DNA from: Mobula hypostoma | Lineage: Eukaryota | NCBI RefSeq assembly: GCF_963921235.1 | Contig: NC_086097.1 | Coordinates: 116,500,001-116,564,000 of the forward strand | Direction of reading: 5' to 3' | DNA length: 64,000 bases | Shown here: piece by piece, positions 13,969-27,607 of the stretch | How the letters are laid out: each line of letters opens with the position of its first letter | Position numbering within the stretch: position 1 is the stretch's first letter | Notes under the pieces: generated by a model | Told to the model about the DNA's origin: nothing | Databases searched by the model: none | What the model saw: only the letters and a program-made list of their open reading frames with translations | Translations under genes and position numbers: made by a program

Positions 13969-14510
13969 CATTCAGTTGTCACTTTATTTAGTGCACCTGA
14001 ACACATGCTCTTTAATGCAAATATTTAATTAGACCATCATGTGGCAGTGACTCAATGCATAAAAGCTTGCAAACATGGGCAAGTTGTTGTTCAGACCAAA
14101 TATCAGAAGAGCGAAAAATGTGACCTAAGTGATTTTGACTGTGGAATAATTGTTAGTGCCAGACAGGGTGGTTTGAGTATTTCAGAAACTGTTGCTTTTC
14201 TGGGATTTTCATACACAACCATCTCCAGAGGTTACAGAGAATTGTGTGTAAAGCAAAAAAAAAACATCCAGTGAGAAACAGTTCTGTTGGTGAAAACGCA
14301 TTTTTAATTTGAGAAGGCAGAGGAGAATGGCCAGATTGGTTCAAGCTGAACTGGAAGGCAACATTAACTCATATAACCACGCATCACAACAGTGGTGTGC
14401 AGAAGAGCATCTCTGAATGCACAACACATAAAACCTTGAAGTGGATGGGCCATAAACATACACTCAGTGGCCACTTTATCAAGTTGTGGAGGTAAATAAT
14501 AAAGTGGCAT
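13969..14510 (+). mobile_element. Non-autonomous Tc1-like element
   Basis: KCDLSDFDCGIIVSARQGGLSISET peptide; same family as 5062 and 9679. Confidence 0.8.
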
Positions 14511-16859
14511 ATATAGAGCTTCCAAGGTAGGAAAATACCTTTTCCTAAATGTAGAAAGTGGTTTGTGCCAGCTATGTCAGAGATATTCAATTTTATCATT
14601 CAAAAGGAAACTGGATCAGTAACTGAAAGAAAGTAATTTGCCAAGAGATGGGGAGAGGCTCGGGGAGAGGCTCAGGGAGTGGGTCAAGGTGAATTCTTAT
14701 TGGATCTATGCAACAATAAGGGTCAGATGGGAGGTATAATAAATCAGCCATGATGGAATGGCGGAGCAGACTCGGTGGGTCAAGTGACCTAATTTTGCTC
14801 CTATGTCTTATGGTCTTATGGTCGGTTTCCATGTTGCAACCTTTGTCAGGATACAACTTAAATGAGTATTTGTTTTTCATGTTAATTCCCTTTCCAAAAC
14901 CCAGCAGATGAAATACTGATGAAAGGCAGCTGATTCGAGTGCTGTGTACCTCTGCGAAAATGAGGTCCACTTAGCTTTTATCACTGAATGAGAGCTGCTG
15001 CAAATCTTCTGTCAGTTTGAGATTTCATTGATTCTCTTTCTCATTGTTGAAGAAATATGAATGACTGGAGGTGCGGTGAGAAGGAACAAGTCAAGGACCC
15101 TATTTCCCAAATGAAGCCTGTAGGTGCAAGTGTCTTCTTCCATACCATAGCATCCACGTTTAACTAAAGAGGAGAGAATGACAGAGGGAGAAGCGGAATG
15201 ATCTACCTTGGAGAAGCAGGCAGCAGAAATGGAGATAGAAAGATAGACAGAGGAAAACAGCAACACAAAGGGATAGGTGTCAAGTAGGGGAGTGATGTTA
15301 TTATCCAACTAAACAGTAAAATGCTGTATCAGATGAGCCAATATTAAGTTAGATATTTACATATGCCCTTTTCAATCACATCACAAAGATTAGACATTTA
15401 TTCAGAAATAGAGTTTTCACCTCATATTAATTCAGTTCATTGAAATTCTGCCACAGATTTTTTTACACAGCCTATACTTCTTGCTTGGATCAAGCATGTT
15501 TTTTTTTAAATTTTCCCAGAGACTCTTTGCTTCTGTTAATTACCACTCTTTTCATGCCATGTCAGATTCACATTTCCCTGGAGTTACATTCAACTGCCCA
15601 TCAGCTCCCTCCAGTGTGCAGTTTCTGATTGATTTGTGTCATTTCCAAAGATCTGTAGCTGTCTCGGCCATTATCAGTTTTCCTAATGGATTCTGAGAGT
15701 CTCAGCTTCCCTTATTTTCTTCTTTCCCTGTGTCAAAATTCATTTTCCGATCAGTTCTACTGGTTAGTTAGACGGTCAATGTCTTTCCTTTAGTCTTTCA
15801 AGTACTTAAAGATGGTGATATTAAAGGGATAATTTTGGACAGCCATAAACATTTTACTGTGAAACATTCATAGTTTATCAGGAACTCAGGGTGTTTAATA
15901 ATTTTTAAATGTTTAAAATGAGTTTCGATCTGCACATCTGAATGGAAGTTCCTATTGCCTGTTGACTTTAAATGTTGAAATGAGAGAAATATTTTCAAAA
16001 CCGTGTTGAGCCAACATTTAAAGAGTATGTTATGAAAAGAAGAGAGCTATGGAAGATGTGTTATATTGAACCTCTTGGCCTGACAACCTTTACAAATTTT
16101 TAACGTGAAATATCAACGTGGTTTTGCTTTGATAACAGACTTGGTGCTTGAATCAAGAGCCACAGCTACACTGCTTAAGAGACAGAGCAATTCTATTCAG
16201 TGTGACCTCCTACCCAGTACGACCGACTGTACGTTTGAGTGCAGAAGCAGTTAGGCAGTTGACTCAGTGTCTGGTTGACAGTGACAGGCAATAAATTCTG
16301 CCATATCTAACCCATGGTTCAGAGAAAATAAAGTAAATGAACAAAGAACTCCGTTTCATTTCATTTGTGTTGCTTGACTAATTGGTAATTGGTTTATTAT
16401 TGTCATATGTCCTGAGATATACAGAAAAGATTTGTTCTGCATGACATCTATACAGATCTCTCTCAAAGTAATTTTGGGTTGTACAAAGAGAAAGGTTAAA
16501 TTTATTTGTCACATGTACATCGAAGCACAAAGTAAAATCTGTTGTTTGAGTCAACATTTTGCAATGTGCCGGGGGCAGCCCAGAATTGTCATTCCGTTTC
16601 CAGCACCAACATACTATGCCCAAAAGTCATTAACACTAACTGTACACTAATGGGATGCGGGTGGAAACTGGAGCACGTGATCACGGGGAGAATCTGCAAG
16701 CTCCTCACAGACAGCTGCTCCAGTCAGTGATCGCTGGAACTGTGAAGCAATTGTACGAACGCTACAGTATTAGAACAACGGAATGCAAAATATTGTGTTA
16801 CAGTTACCGTTACAGTAAAGAGAGCAGTGAAGCTAGACAAGTAAGGTGTAAGGCCACGA

Positions 16860-17290
16860 TGATGTAGATTGAGAGATGAAGATTTCAACTAAATTTTACA
16901 AGAGGTTTGTTCAAGATTCCTATAGCAGAGGGATAGAAGCTATCCTCGAGTCTGGTGATGCATACTTTCAAGCTTTTGTATCTTCTGCCTGATGGAAATG
17001 GGAAGAAGATAGCATCATCAGGCTGGGAGAAGCGTCTGATTGTTCAGCTATTTTCTCAAAGCACCAGGCAATGTAGATAGAGTCAGTGGAGGGGAGGCAG
17101 TTTTTGTGATGGACAGAGCAGTTGCCTTACTAAGCTGTGATGCATCTGGAAAGAATGTCTTTTATAGTGTAGCTATAAAATTGGTGCAAGACAATAGAGG
17201 ACATAAAGAATTTCCTTAACTTTCTGAAAACATACATGGCATCTACATGATCGGACCAGGACAAGCTATTGGTGCTATTTACTGTATTAT
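16860..17290 (-). mobile_element. Degenerate Rex1-type LINE fragment
   Basis: Minus peptide LSWSDHVDAMYVFRKLRKF...FYSYTIKDILSRCITA. Confidence 0.6.
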
Positions 17291-19929
17291 TAAAAAAAAG
17301 ATTTTCTGTACTTTTGAAACGAATAGTTGGCAATATTATATTTTTCAAGAGTAGAATTGCATTTCTAATATTACTCTGCTGTACATCACATTTTATTAGT
17401 GAATGAAATTACAGAAATTTGATGCTTAGATTATCTAACCAGCACAGTAAAAATCACCATAATTGGATTATAATGGATGAATTACTTACCAGAAAACCAG
17501 CTCGAGACCCAAGGATAACTTTCCAAGATGTGCAGAGAGCAAAGTGGTTGAAAGTGCTGGCTTTGGATCTATTGGCATTCTTCCATTCACAGTACATGGA
17601 CCTCTGTATGACAGTGTGGTGTATTTAAAATGTTAGTAATATAGTAATAATAATAATAATAATAAGTATTTTATTGATCCCAAGTGGGAAATTATTTTGT
17701 TACAGCAGCAACATTTAAAGACACACAGCAATAATAATAATAAATATAATAATAATATTAACTAATGAAGTATAGAATAATAATATGCACAATAATAATT
17801 TACCAATGTGCAATAATAATGCAGCAATAATAAACAGAGACTATTGTACTACAATGTGTGTTCTCTTGTCACACAGAGATGAACTGTTGTATATGCTTAT
17901 TGCATTCGGTAGGGCAGATTTTCTGTAACGAACCTTGTGACAGTGGAGCTGAGTGAGCTTGTTCGAAAGGGTGCTCCGCTGTTTATTCAGTAGGTCATGG
18001 AGAGGATGTGCCTGATTCTTCATGATGGATAACAGTTGGTTTAGTGACCTCCTCTGCACCATTAACTCAAAAGAGTCTGGGTTGTAGCCAAGGATGGATC
18101 CAGCCTTTTTGATGAGTTTATTTAGTCTTTTTGCAGCACAAGCACCAATGCTGTTCCCCTAACAAAAAGACACTAAGAAGACTGCATTCACTACAGCAGA
18201 CTGGTAAAAGATCTCCACCATCCTACTGCACACATCGAAGGATCTCAGCTTCCTTTGAAAATAGAGCCTGCTCATCCCCTTCTTATAAACAGCCCTGGTG
18301 TTTGGTTTTCCAGTCAAGTCTGTTGTTGAGGTGAACACCCAAGCATTTGTACTCCTCCACCATCGCAACTTTTCCTAAAATATATACAGGACTCGTCAGG
18401 ATGCTCGTCCTCCGAAGATCAGTCACCATCTCCCTGGTTTTGGCCACATTCAGGAGCAGATGATTCCTCCCACACCACTCCACAAACTTGTCCACCAGTC
18501 CTCTGTACTCCAACTCCTGCCCACCTCTGATACACCCAACTACCGCAGAGTCATCAGAGAACTTCTGCAAGTGACTAGACTCAGATTTGTACTGAAGATC
18601 TGAGGTGTGCAGTGTGAACAGAAACAGAGACAGGAGAGTCCCTTGTGGGGCTCCAGTGTCACTCACCACCACCTCAGACAGAGAACTACCCAGCTGTACA
18701 AACTGAGGTCTGTCTGTCAGGTAGTCAGTAATCCAGGAGATGGTGGATTTGTCTAGGCCCATCCTTTGCAGCTTCTCATTCAGAAGAAGTGGCTGGATGG
18801 TATTGAAGACACTAGAGAAATGAAATATGTGATTCTCACAATTCCACCAGCATCATCCAGGTATGAAAGAGCTCTCTGCAACAGGTAGATGATGGCATCA
18901 TCCACTCCCACATGAGGTTGGTAGGCAAACTGTAGAGGGTCCAATGAAGATCTCACCTGCAGCCCAAGGTAAGTCAGGACCAGCCTCTCCAGCAGCTTCA
19001 TCACAGGAGCCAAGCTGGAAGCCTTCCATAGCACCGGTATCTTTTCCTGACTCGGACCCAGATTGTAAGGGTGCTGCAAAATATCAGAAAGCTGGTTCGC
19101 ACAGGCCTACAGTCCCTGGGCCTGATACAGTCTGGTGCAGCAGCCTTCCCTCGATTTAGTCTCCTCAGCCGTCTCTTAACCTGACCTGCAGTCACAGTCA
19201 AGCGGGGGAAGTTGGTCATCTTATGGAGGCAGGATATTCCAAAGTTGGGGGGCTTGGAACACAAGCACTCACCAGAGAGGGGGAAGTGGGGGGGAAGGAG
19301 AAGGCTTTGGGGGCAAGGAAGGTGTACGGTTTGGCCAAGCAGGGGAGGGGACGGCAGGAGGTCCCATGCTGAACCTGTCGAAAAACAAGTTCAATCATTG
19401 GCCCTATCCAAGCAGTCCTCGATCTTCCTTTCTTTAACCTTGAAGTCAGTAATCTGACCACACATCCCTTATGCTATTCTGCAGGAGCTTGTACTCCAGC
19501 TTTCTCATGTAGGAGTCTTTGCACTCCCTCAGTTCACTCTGTACTCGCTTCAGTACTTGGCTATCTCCAGAGCTGAAGGCTTCCTACTTTGTATTCAAAA
19601 GTTCTTTCAGGTCACTGCTGATCTAGGGCTTGTTGTTGGGGAAGCAGCATGCAGTCCTGGCTGGCAAGGTGGTGTTCTCAGAGAATTTGATATAATCTGT
19701 GATACAATCAGTCATTTTGTTAACGTCCTCCTTGTGTGGTTCTCATAACACATCCCAGTCCATCCTCTTGAAGCATTCCTGCAGTGCCTCATTAGCATCC
19801 TGAGTCCAGCTCCTTACAATCCTTGTTGACCCAGGCTGCCACTGGGCAAGAGGCACATACCTGGGTGTCAGCAGGACCGGGTTGTGATCAGATCTGCCAA
19901 GTGGGGGGAGGGCAATAGTACTGTATGTG

Positions 19930-20190
19930 TCCTTTACATTCCCATACAGAAGGTCCAATGTTTTATTGTCTTGTGTAGGACAATGGCACTGCCTGCATCA
20001 TTTACATTCGCATACAGAAGGTCCAGTGTTTTGTTGTCTTGTGTAGGACAACGGGACCGTCTGCAATCTTTACATTCACATACAGAAGGTCCAGTGTTTT
20101 GTTGTCTTGTGTAGGACAACGGGACCGTCTGCATCCTTTACATTCTCATACAGAAGATCTAGTGTTCTATTGTCCTCTGTAGGGCAGCAG
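19930..20190. repeat. 68-bp tandem repeat, ~4 copies, inside the LINE endonuclease region
   Basis: catacagaag recurs at 19943, 20011, 20079, 20147. Confidence 0.9.
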
Positions 20191-20219
20191 CCATATTGAT
20201 AAAAAGTAGGTATTGTTGC

Positions 20220-21078
20220 TGTTACGTACCCCGTAACTGGGTTGCCAAACCAGCAGAACTGGATCACTCAGTTGGAGTCTGGAGTACTAGAACTAAGAAA
20301 GTTTTATTAAAGAAACAAGCAACACAGTAATCGAAAGGATAATAAATGCAACAGTTCAGCAATGATAGTCACACATGTGCACAGAATTAAGATCACAGCA
20401 TCAATCAAGCTCTATCGTTGTCTAGGGGTAAATGACCAAATTTCAAAGTGACTCGAAGTTCAGTCCAGTTTAGTAGCTCAGTTCGCAGTAATCGTTGCCA
20501 TGGCGATGGACAACGTGGGGGAAGAGAGAGATAGAACAGGAACAACTGATCATTCAGACACTGCTTCACTCACAGACCGGCGAGATGGCTCACAAGCAGC
20601 TTTTGGGCGGGTCCTTGGTGATGTCACCTGAGGTCACCGACTGTGACCCCTCCTCCAGATGCGGTCGATCCTCTGCAGTGAACCCGGCACCCAGGCAAAG
20701 GCGGACACACACCGGGTTCCCGCTGATCGTACCTTTCCACCCTGTGCGTTGTCCGGTACTTCTCACCACTCGTGAGAGGCGTACCGCTTCCAGTGTCTCG
20801 TTACCTCGGGTGGCGTGTGTGCTGCCTTAGCGAACTGGTCCCTTTTTATCCCCCTGCTGGGGTATCGCCTGTCCATCACTTCAAACAGTTCAGGGTTCAA
20901 AGGGGGAGCCGCTCCAGACAGCTCTCTCTCCCACGTCCCTTCATTACACATCTCCAGACGCTGCTCCATTGTTCCTTATCTCTCCTTCCCCTGAGGGCAG
21001 GTGGCAGACCACTTGCTGATGTCACTGATGCTAACCCAGGCCAGCAAACATCTTAATTTTATGTGTATTCTCGTCACA
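20220..21078 (-). mobile_element. Solo LTR (859 bp) inserted in the Rex1 LINE
   Basis: Termini TGTTACG...CGTCACA, perfect 4-bp TSD TTGC (20216-20219, 21079-21082), minus-strand AATAAA near 20305; the LINE resumes on both sides. Confidence 0.85.
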
Positions 21079-21694
21079 TTGCCTAGAGAGAAACATGATT
21101 AAAATCCCCAATAGCAGCCACAGAAGCACTGGGATATTGAGTTGGTATTCTAGCGATGGTCGAAAGAATAGCATCACATACTACATTCATATCAGCCCAT
21201 GGTTAAATGTAAACAACAACTAAAACAGCAGTTGAGAATTCCCGAGACAAATAATATGGTTGTATCCCAATGGCTAAGAGCTCGATGTCCGGGCGACATA
21301 AACGTTCCTTTACAGCAACATGCCTGGGATAATCACCTTTCATTCACAAACACTGCAATCCCTCCTCCCTTCTTCTTACCGCTCACTGTACCTGCCCACT
21401 TGGACGGTCTTGAAGCCAGGTATGGTGGGACAATGGTCCAGAAAATGTGCAGGTAGCCAGGTCTCAGTTAAGCACAAAACATTGCACTCCTGGTATTCCC
21501 TTTGGGTCTTAATCAGTGCACCAAGCTCGTCCATCTTATTTCCCAAGCACCTCACGTATCCCATGATAATCGCAGGGACAGAAGGTTTATACTTCCTCCA
21601 CTTAGCCTTAATCTTCACTCCAGCCCTGCAGCCTCATTGTCACCTCCTAAGCTCCTGCGGGATCTCGGGCCACTCTCTGGGCAGTAGGATTGGT

Positions 21695-24600
21695 TTATAC
21701 AATATTTGAGTAATATTGTAAATATATTGTTTGATTAAGCATTTTTGTTGGTTTACATGATTCATTATGGATTATATGTATAAAGTGTGATATTCTCACC
21801 CCACACATTATATACGGTATGAGTGCTTCACTAAAGTAAAACTAAGTAGATATGTTATCCCAAGCTCCAGGGTTTTTTTATTAGTTTCTGGAGTTACAAA
21901 ACATAACAGTGGCAATGAGGAACTTTGAATGTGAACCCAAGCTGATTATCTACCTGTTGAGGTCCAGCACATTTTTTTCTTCAGAAGAGGAAGAGAGACA
22001 TCTAAGTTCTTAAACCAAAAAGCACAGCATGTCTTTATTTGGAAGGGAAAGAGAGAGACAGATATGTTAAAAACAAAGTTTTTAACAAACTGATGAAGTT
22101 AACAAGCAATGAGTATGGCCATAGGTTCATAGACCATGAATAACGAGTGGCAATAATAATAAATCAATAAAAGAAACAGAAATAGCTGGTTACATCAGAA
22201 AAATAGGTGCATTCATTTTCATGCCAGATAACTGGATGATGAACATTGAATAATTTGAGCAGTATTTTAAATAGCTAATGAAAAGCGAGTGGCAGTATTA
22301 CTGAGTGCAATCGGTGGAAAAGCATACACTTTGCTTAGAAGCTTAAATACTCCAGCCAAACCAGCTGAAAGGAGTTTTACTGATATTGGGAATGTAATGC
22401 AGGAACATGTAGAAGTGCTTTAGATTTATTAACCAGAATAAAAAAGAAGGGGAGTCCTTTTCAGCATAAGTTGTTGAACTAAAGAAATCGTCTGAGTATT
22501 GCCACTTCAGAGATGGGCTTAAGTATGCACTGAGAGACTGCTTAATTTGTGGAATCTTGCAAGAAAACATTCTAAAATGGCTCCTATTTGATGCACATTT
22601 AAAACAGCTGTTGAGATCACTGTTGGAGCGGAGTTAACGACATTATCGAACATGTCCGATATAAGCTGTTGGTCTAGCCCTGTTTTGTTTTTTGTTTGGT
22701 ATTTTTTTTCTTTTGGGTTTTTTTTTGTTTATATATATATTTTTATTTCTTTTTTAATGTTTAATCTCATTATGAGTTTGGAAGTCTTTTATATCTATGT
22801 TACTTAAAATTCATTTTATATATGTTGATGAACATTTTTCCAATCTCTTTGTACCAACTTTGTTATTGAGTTTGTAATTTTGAAAAATTAATTAAAAAAA
22901 TTTAAAAAGAAAAGAAAGAGGTCGCTGTATCAATGGAAAATGCAGACAAAGATGCAATTGAGTTGTAGTCAGAAATGAAGCTGAGCATGAACAAAATTAC
23001 AAACTCAGAACAGAAACCTGTCTGGCCAATCGAATTGTGTTACCATTGTGGCAGGGCCTCAGGTACACCAGACCAATGCAGGTTAAAAGGTGAAACTTAT
23101 AGAAAATGCAACAAATATACAAAGAGCATGTCAGGCAGATAAAAATAAATGGACTGCACAGGAATGAGAAGAATATAAAAAGTCAAGTTGTAGTTTCATA
23201 AGGAGCATTAATCTGCATGTTGTTGTTGAAAAATCATCATAATAATGAGAGTGGCACAGGACTGAGTAGCTTAGAGATTTAAAATGTGAAAACTAACAAA
23301 AGACAAGCAATATGGCTTACACCTGAAGTGAATAGCAATTTTTTTTAAAAATGGAATTAGACACTGGCTCAGTTGTTTCAGTCATTCCACAAAATGAGTA
23401 CGAATGGCATTTCAAAGATACCAAACTGAGGCCTGCAGATATCCAACTAAGAACTTATACTGAAGAAAAGATAACTCCGGTGGGAATGACATTCATGACA
23501 GTGAAATACAACCACCAACAAGCCATGTAGGGCTTGTATGTGGTAAAATCAAGAGGGGCAGCATTGTGGGACTCTGATAGGCTGAGACCACTAAAACTTG
23601 ATTGGAAATCAATCTACAATTTGCATGCCATATTTCCTGCAATATTGTAAAATGAAAGTGAATTACGAAAGATACTGGATGATGCAGCATTCAAGGATGG
23701 TACTGGAAAATTCAAACATATCAAAGCTAAAATAATGCTAAATAAAAATGCCATAGCCAATTAATCAAAAGCCCATCCATAGGGGATGAAGCAGTCAGCG
23801 AGCTGGACTGCATGGAGGCTGAAGTAATTCTTTCCAAGGTTGAGTGGAGCCCATAGTAGTAGCCAAGTGGAATGAGATTGTCACGATCTGCAGTGATTTT
23901 AAGATTACCATTAACTCAGTACTGAAAGTAGGTCAATATCCTCTGCCCAGGATAGTGGGTATCTTTTCTGGAAGAAAACACTTCAGCAAAGTGGAATCAG
24001 CTGAGGCCCACCTGCAGCTGGAGATGGAAGATGATTCCAAACTGTTTCTCACCATATACACTCAGAAAGGGCTTAATCACGAAAATAGGCTTATTTTTTG
24101 GAGTAGCATCTGCACCTGCACTCTGGCAGAAAGCTATGGACCAGGCTGCCCAGGCACCCAGTGTTACCTAGATGATATCATTGTTACCGATAAGGCTGAC
24201 AAGAAACATCTCTAAAATTTCAAGACACTTTAAATATATTAGAAGGTCATGAGCTCAGAGCACGACATGGCAAATGTGAATTCTTTAAACTAAGCATCAC
24301 TTACTGTGATCACACCATTAATATACAAGGATTACACAAGTATGCTGAGAAAATTCAAGCAGTGGTGGATGCCCCAAGGCCAAAGGATGTGTCATAGTTG
24401 CAGTCCTTTTTAGGAATTTTCAATTACTATAGCCGGTTCCTGCCAAACCTGGCTACTGTGCTGTACTCCTTGAACTCATTACTACAGCATGGAAAGAAAT
24501 AGCAATGGAGAAAGCAGTGTGAGGTGGCCTTCCAACAGCCAGAGGAAATGGTGACGGTAGACAGTGAACACACACATTATGATCTACATCATCCAGTGAA

Positions 24601-25190
24601 ACTTGCCTGTGTAGAAGCGCTGTAATGTCACATGTTATGAGTGGTGAAAGTGAATGCCCCATAGCCTTTGCATCATGTTTTCTTACCGCTGCAGAGAAAA
24701 ATCATGCACAGTTTGATAGAGTGGCCTTGAGTCTGGTCTAGGGTGTAATATGTTTCAATCAGGACCCACATGTGGGAGAGAATTTACCCTCATTACTGAT
24801 CCTCAACCATTTTCAATCCACAGAAAGATGTTCCATGAACAGCAGCAGCACAAATGCAGCAATGGGCTCTCTTTCTTGAAGGACACAGTTACGAGATCGA
24901 ACTCAAGAGAACAACCAATCATGAAAATGGTGTTGGATTGCCCTGGTTACCCCTGGAAAAGGAGATAGCTGGAAAAATTTACAAAAAAGGACTCTCCTCT
25001 TGTCGTATTTTCCCTAATGCAAATCAAAATATATACAGATGACGAACACAAGTTGATTTTCATTCTATATTGAATTGGAGTTTAGAGCAAAGCATTAGTG
25101 CTGTGTATTTAATATTTCAGTAATACTGGAGTAATAATTTAAAGATACCTTGTTTGATTAAGCATTCTTCCTTTGTTTACGCAATTCACT
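21695..25190 (+). mobile_element. Decayed Gypsy-type LTR retrotransposon (gag, protease, RT, RNaseH remnants; integrase core missing)
   Basis: 5' LTR ends at 21908, followed by gtggcaatgagg (TGG-type PBS); zinc-knuckle remnant CYHCGR; protease MELDTGS; RT ICSDFKITIN..QYPLPRI and CYLDDII; partial 3' LTR from ~25099. Confidence 0.85.
22624..22917 (+). mobile_element. 5'-truncated LINE (L1/Tx1-like) 3' end inserted in Gypsy gag
   Basis: T-rich body, A-rich tail, diverged 11-bp TSD gagatcactgt (22613-22623) / gaggtcgctgt (22918-22928). Confidence 0.65.
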
Positions 25191-25257
25191 GTGCCATGTC
25201 AGTCAATACATTCTGTTGCTACACTCCATATGAAACCCAGTGGTACAGTCCAGTCTT

Positions 25258-25590
25258 AGAAACACAGAAAAACCTACAGCACAATACACGCCCTTCAGTT
25301 CACAAAGTTGTGCCGAACATGTCCCTACCTTAGAAATTACTAGGGTTACCCATAGTCCTCTATTTTTCTAAGCTCCGTGTGCCTATCCAAAAGTCTCTTT
25401 AAAGACCCTATTGTATCCGCCTCCACCACCGTTGCTGGCAGCCCATTCCACGCACTCACCACTCTCTGAGTAAAAAACTTACCCCTGACATCTCCTCTGT
25501 ACCTATTCCCAAGCACCTTAAACCCGTGTCCTCTTGTGGCAGACTTTTCAGCCCTGGGAAAAAGCCTCTGACTATCCACACGATCAATGT
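25258..25590 (-). mobile_element. CR1 LINE 3' fragment
   Basis: TRGHGFKV...RGKFFTQRVVSAWNGLP, the CR1 ORF2 C-terminus. Confidence 0.85.
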
Positions 25591-25770
25591 CATCTTGTTG
25601 GGCTCCCCTATTATGTTAAGGAATGACTTCCCTCCCAACCCCCACCCACCTCCTAAGGCAGGCCAGGCTTACTTCTGAAATGTTTTCATAAAAATGGAAG
25701 GTGTTAAAAGGTTGATTGTTCATTTCCTTCCATAGATGCTGCCTGATCTTTTGAGTTCCTCCAGAGCTTT

Positions 25771-25783
25771 GTGTGTGAGTGTG

Positions 25784-25824
<41 letters not shown>
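25771..25824. repeat. (GTGAGT)n/(GT)n microsatellite
   Basis: Direct reading. Confidence 0.95.
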
Positions 25825-25827
<3 letters not shown>

Positions 25828-26535
25828 CACGTTGTTCCTAATTACTTCACTGTAAAGTTGTTCATGATTTAAAAGAAATTAGCTTTTTAAAACTCCTTTT
25901 TCAAATTTTAATTGCGAATAAGTGGTCCAAACAACAGACAAACCTCCAGCCAATCTGCATTGCCTTCACGACAGTTTGAGGACAAGCACTGGCCTTAGAA
26001 AGCATGGGCCTATTTGTCCCTGAAGCCTGATTGGTCAGCCTCTAGCCTTGTTCAGAACCCCAGACCTTCTCCCAGAAAGCCTCAGGAGAATATTTGTCAA
26101 CCCACATATTTTTTGCTATCAGCTGATTGTCAACCATTTTGGAATCACCTTGATAAGGAGCGCAGAGACAACAGAGAGTTGTGGCCACAGCTCAGCAGAT
26201 CATGAAAACCAATCTCCCCTCAAGGATTCTATGTTTCTTGTTTCCTCTCTGCCTTGGTGAAGCAATCAACATAGTCAAAAACTCCTCCTATTGGGCAGTA
26301 GACACAAAAGTCTGAAAATACGTACCACCAGGATCAAACACAGTTTCTATCTTCTTGCTATAAGACTGCTAAATGGTCCCCTAGTATGACAAGGTGGACT
26401 CTTGACCTTACAAACAGCCTCATTATGTTCAGGCACCTTATTGTCTGCCCACACTGCACGTCCTGTCTAAGTAGAACACCTTATTCTGCGTTCCGTTGTT
26501 GCTTTTCCCTTGTCCTAGCTCAATGCGCTGCTGTA

Positions 26536-27607
26536 ATAGAAACATAGAAACATAGAAAATAGGTGCAGGAGTAGGCCATTTGGCCCTTCGAGCCTGCACC
26601 GCCATTTATTATGATCATGGCTGATCATCCAACTCAGAACCCCGCCCCAGCCTTCCCTCCATACCCCCTGACCCCCGTAGCCACAAGGGCCATATCTAAC
26701 TCCCTCTTAAATATAGCCAATGAACTGGCCTCAACTGTTTCCTGTGGCAGAGAATTCCACAGATTCACCACTCTCTGTGTGAAGAAATTTTTCCTAATCT
26801 CGGTCCTAAAAGGCTTCCCCTCTATCCTCAAACTGTGGCCCCTCGTACTGGACTTCCCCAACATCGGGAACAATCTTCCTGCATCTAGCCTGTCCAATCC
26901 CTTTAGGATCTTATACGTTTCAATCAGATCCCCCCTCAATCTTCTAAATTCCAACGAGTACAAGCCCAGTTCATCCAGTCTTTCTTCATATGAAAGTCCT
27001 GCCATCCCAGGAATCAATCTGGTGAACCTTCTTTGTACTCCCTCTAAGGCAAGGATGTCTTTCCTCAGATTAGGGGACCAAAACTGCACACAATACTCCA
27101 GGTGTGGTCTCACCAAGGCCTTGTACAACTGCAGTAGTACCTCCCTGCTCATGTACTCAAATCCTCTCGCTATAAATGCCAGCATACCATTCGCCTTTTT
27201 CACCGCCTGCTGTACCTGCATGCCCACTTTCAATGACTGGTGTATAATGACACCCAGGTCTAGTTGCACCTCCCCTTTTCCTAATCGGCCACTATTCAGA
27301 TAATAATCTGTTTTCCTATTTTTGCCACCAAAGTGGATAACTTCACATTTATCCACATTAAATTGCATCTGCCATGAATTTGCCCACTCACCCAACCTAT
27401 CCAAGTCACCCTGCATCCTCTTAGCATCCTCCTCACAGCTAACACTGCCACCCAGCTTCATGTCATCCGCAAACTTGGAGATGCTGCATTTAATTCCCTC
27501 ATCCAAGTCATTAATATATATTGTAAACAACTGGGGTCCCAGCACTGAGCCTTGCGGTACCCCACTAGTCACCGCCTGCCATTCTGAAAAGGTCCCGTTT
27601 ATTCCCA
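26536..27607 (-). mobile_element. Young 5'-truncated CR1 LINE with uninterrupted RT C-terminal reading frame (26634-27607)
   Basis: SGVPQGSVLGPQLF, KFADD, LVRPHLEYCVQFW, RGHSL, FFTQRVVNLWNSLP without stops; (TTTCTATG)n octamer tail at 26536-26558. Confidence 0.95.

Larger units (their letters stand above)
17645..21690 (-). mobile_element. Near full-length decayed Rex1/Babar LINE (APE endonuclease + RT)
   Basis: Endonuclease N-term IIMGYVRCLGNKMDEL...LCLTETWL, TLDLLY...GRSDHN; RT LDPLQFAYQ, GAPQGTLLS, KFSDDS; (TAA)n-rich 3' tail; many frameshifts. Confidence 0.9.

Noticed and set aside
14650..14682. ggggagaggctc short tandem (2-3 units)
   Set aside because: Trivial local duplication at the edge of a CR1 fragment
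19930..20190. Regularly spaced repeats resembling a CRISPR array
   Set aside because: Head-to-tail tandem units without unique spacers, inside a LINE, in eukaryotic DNA with no cas genes
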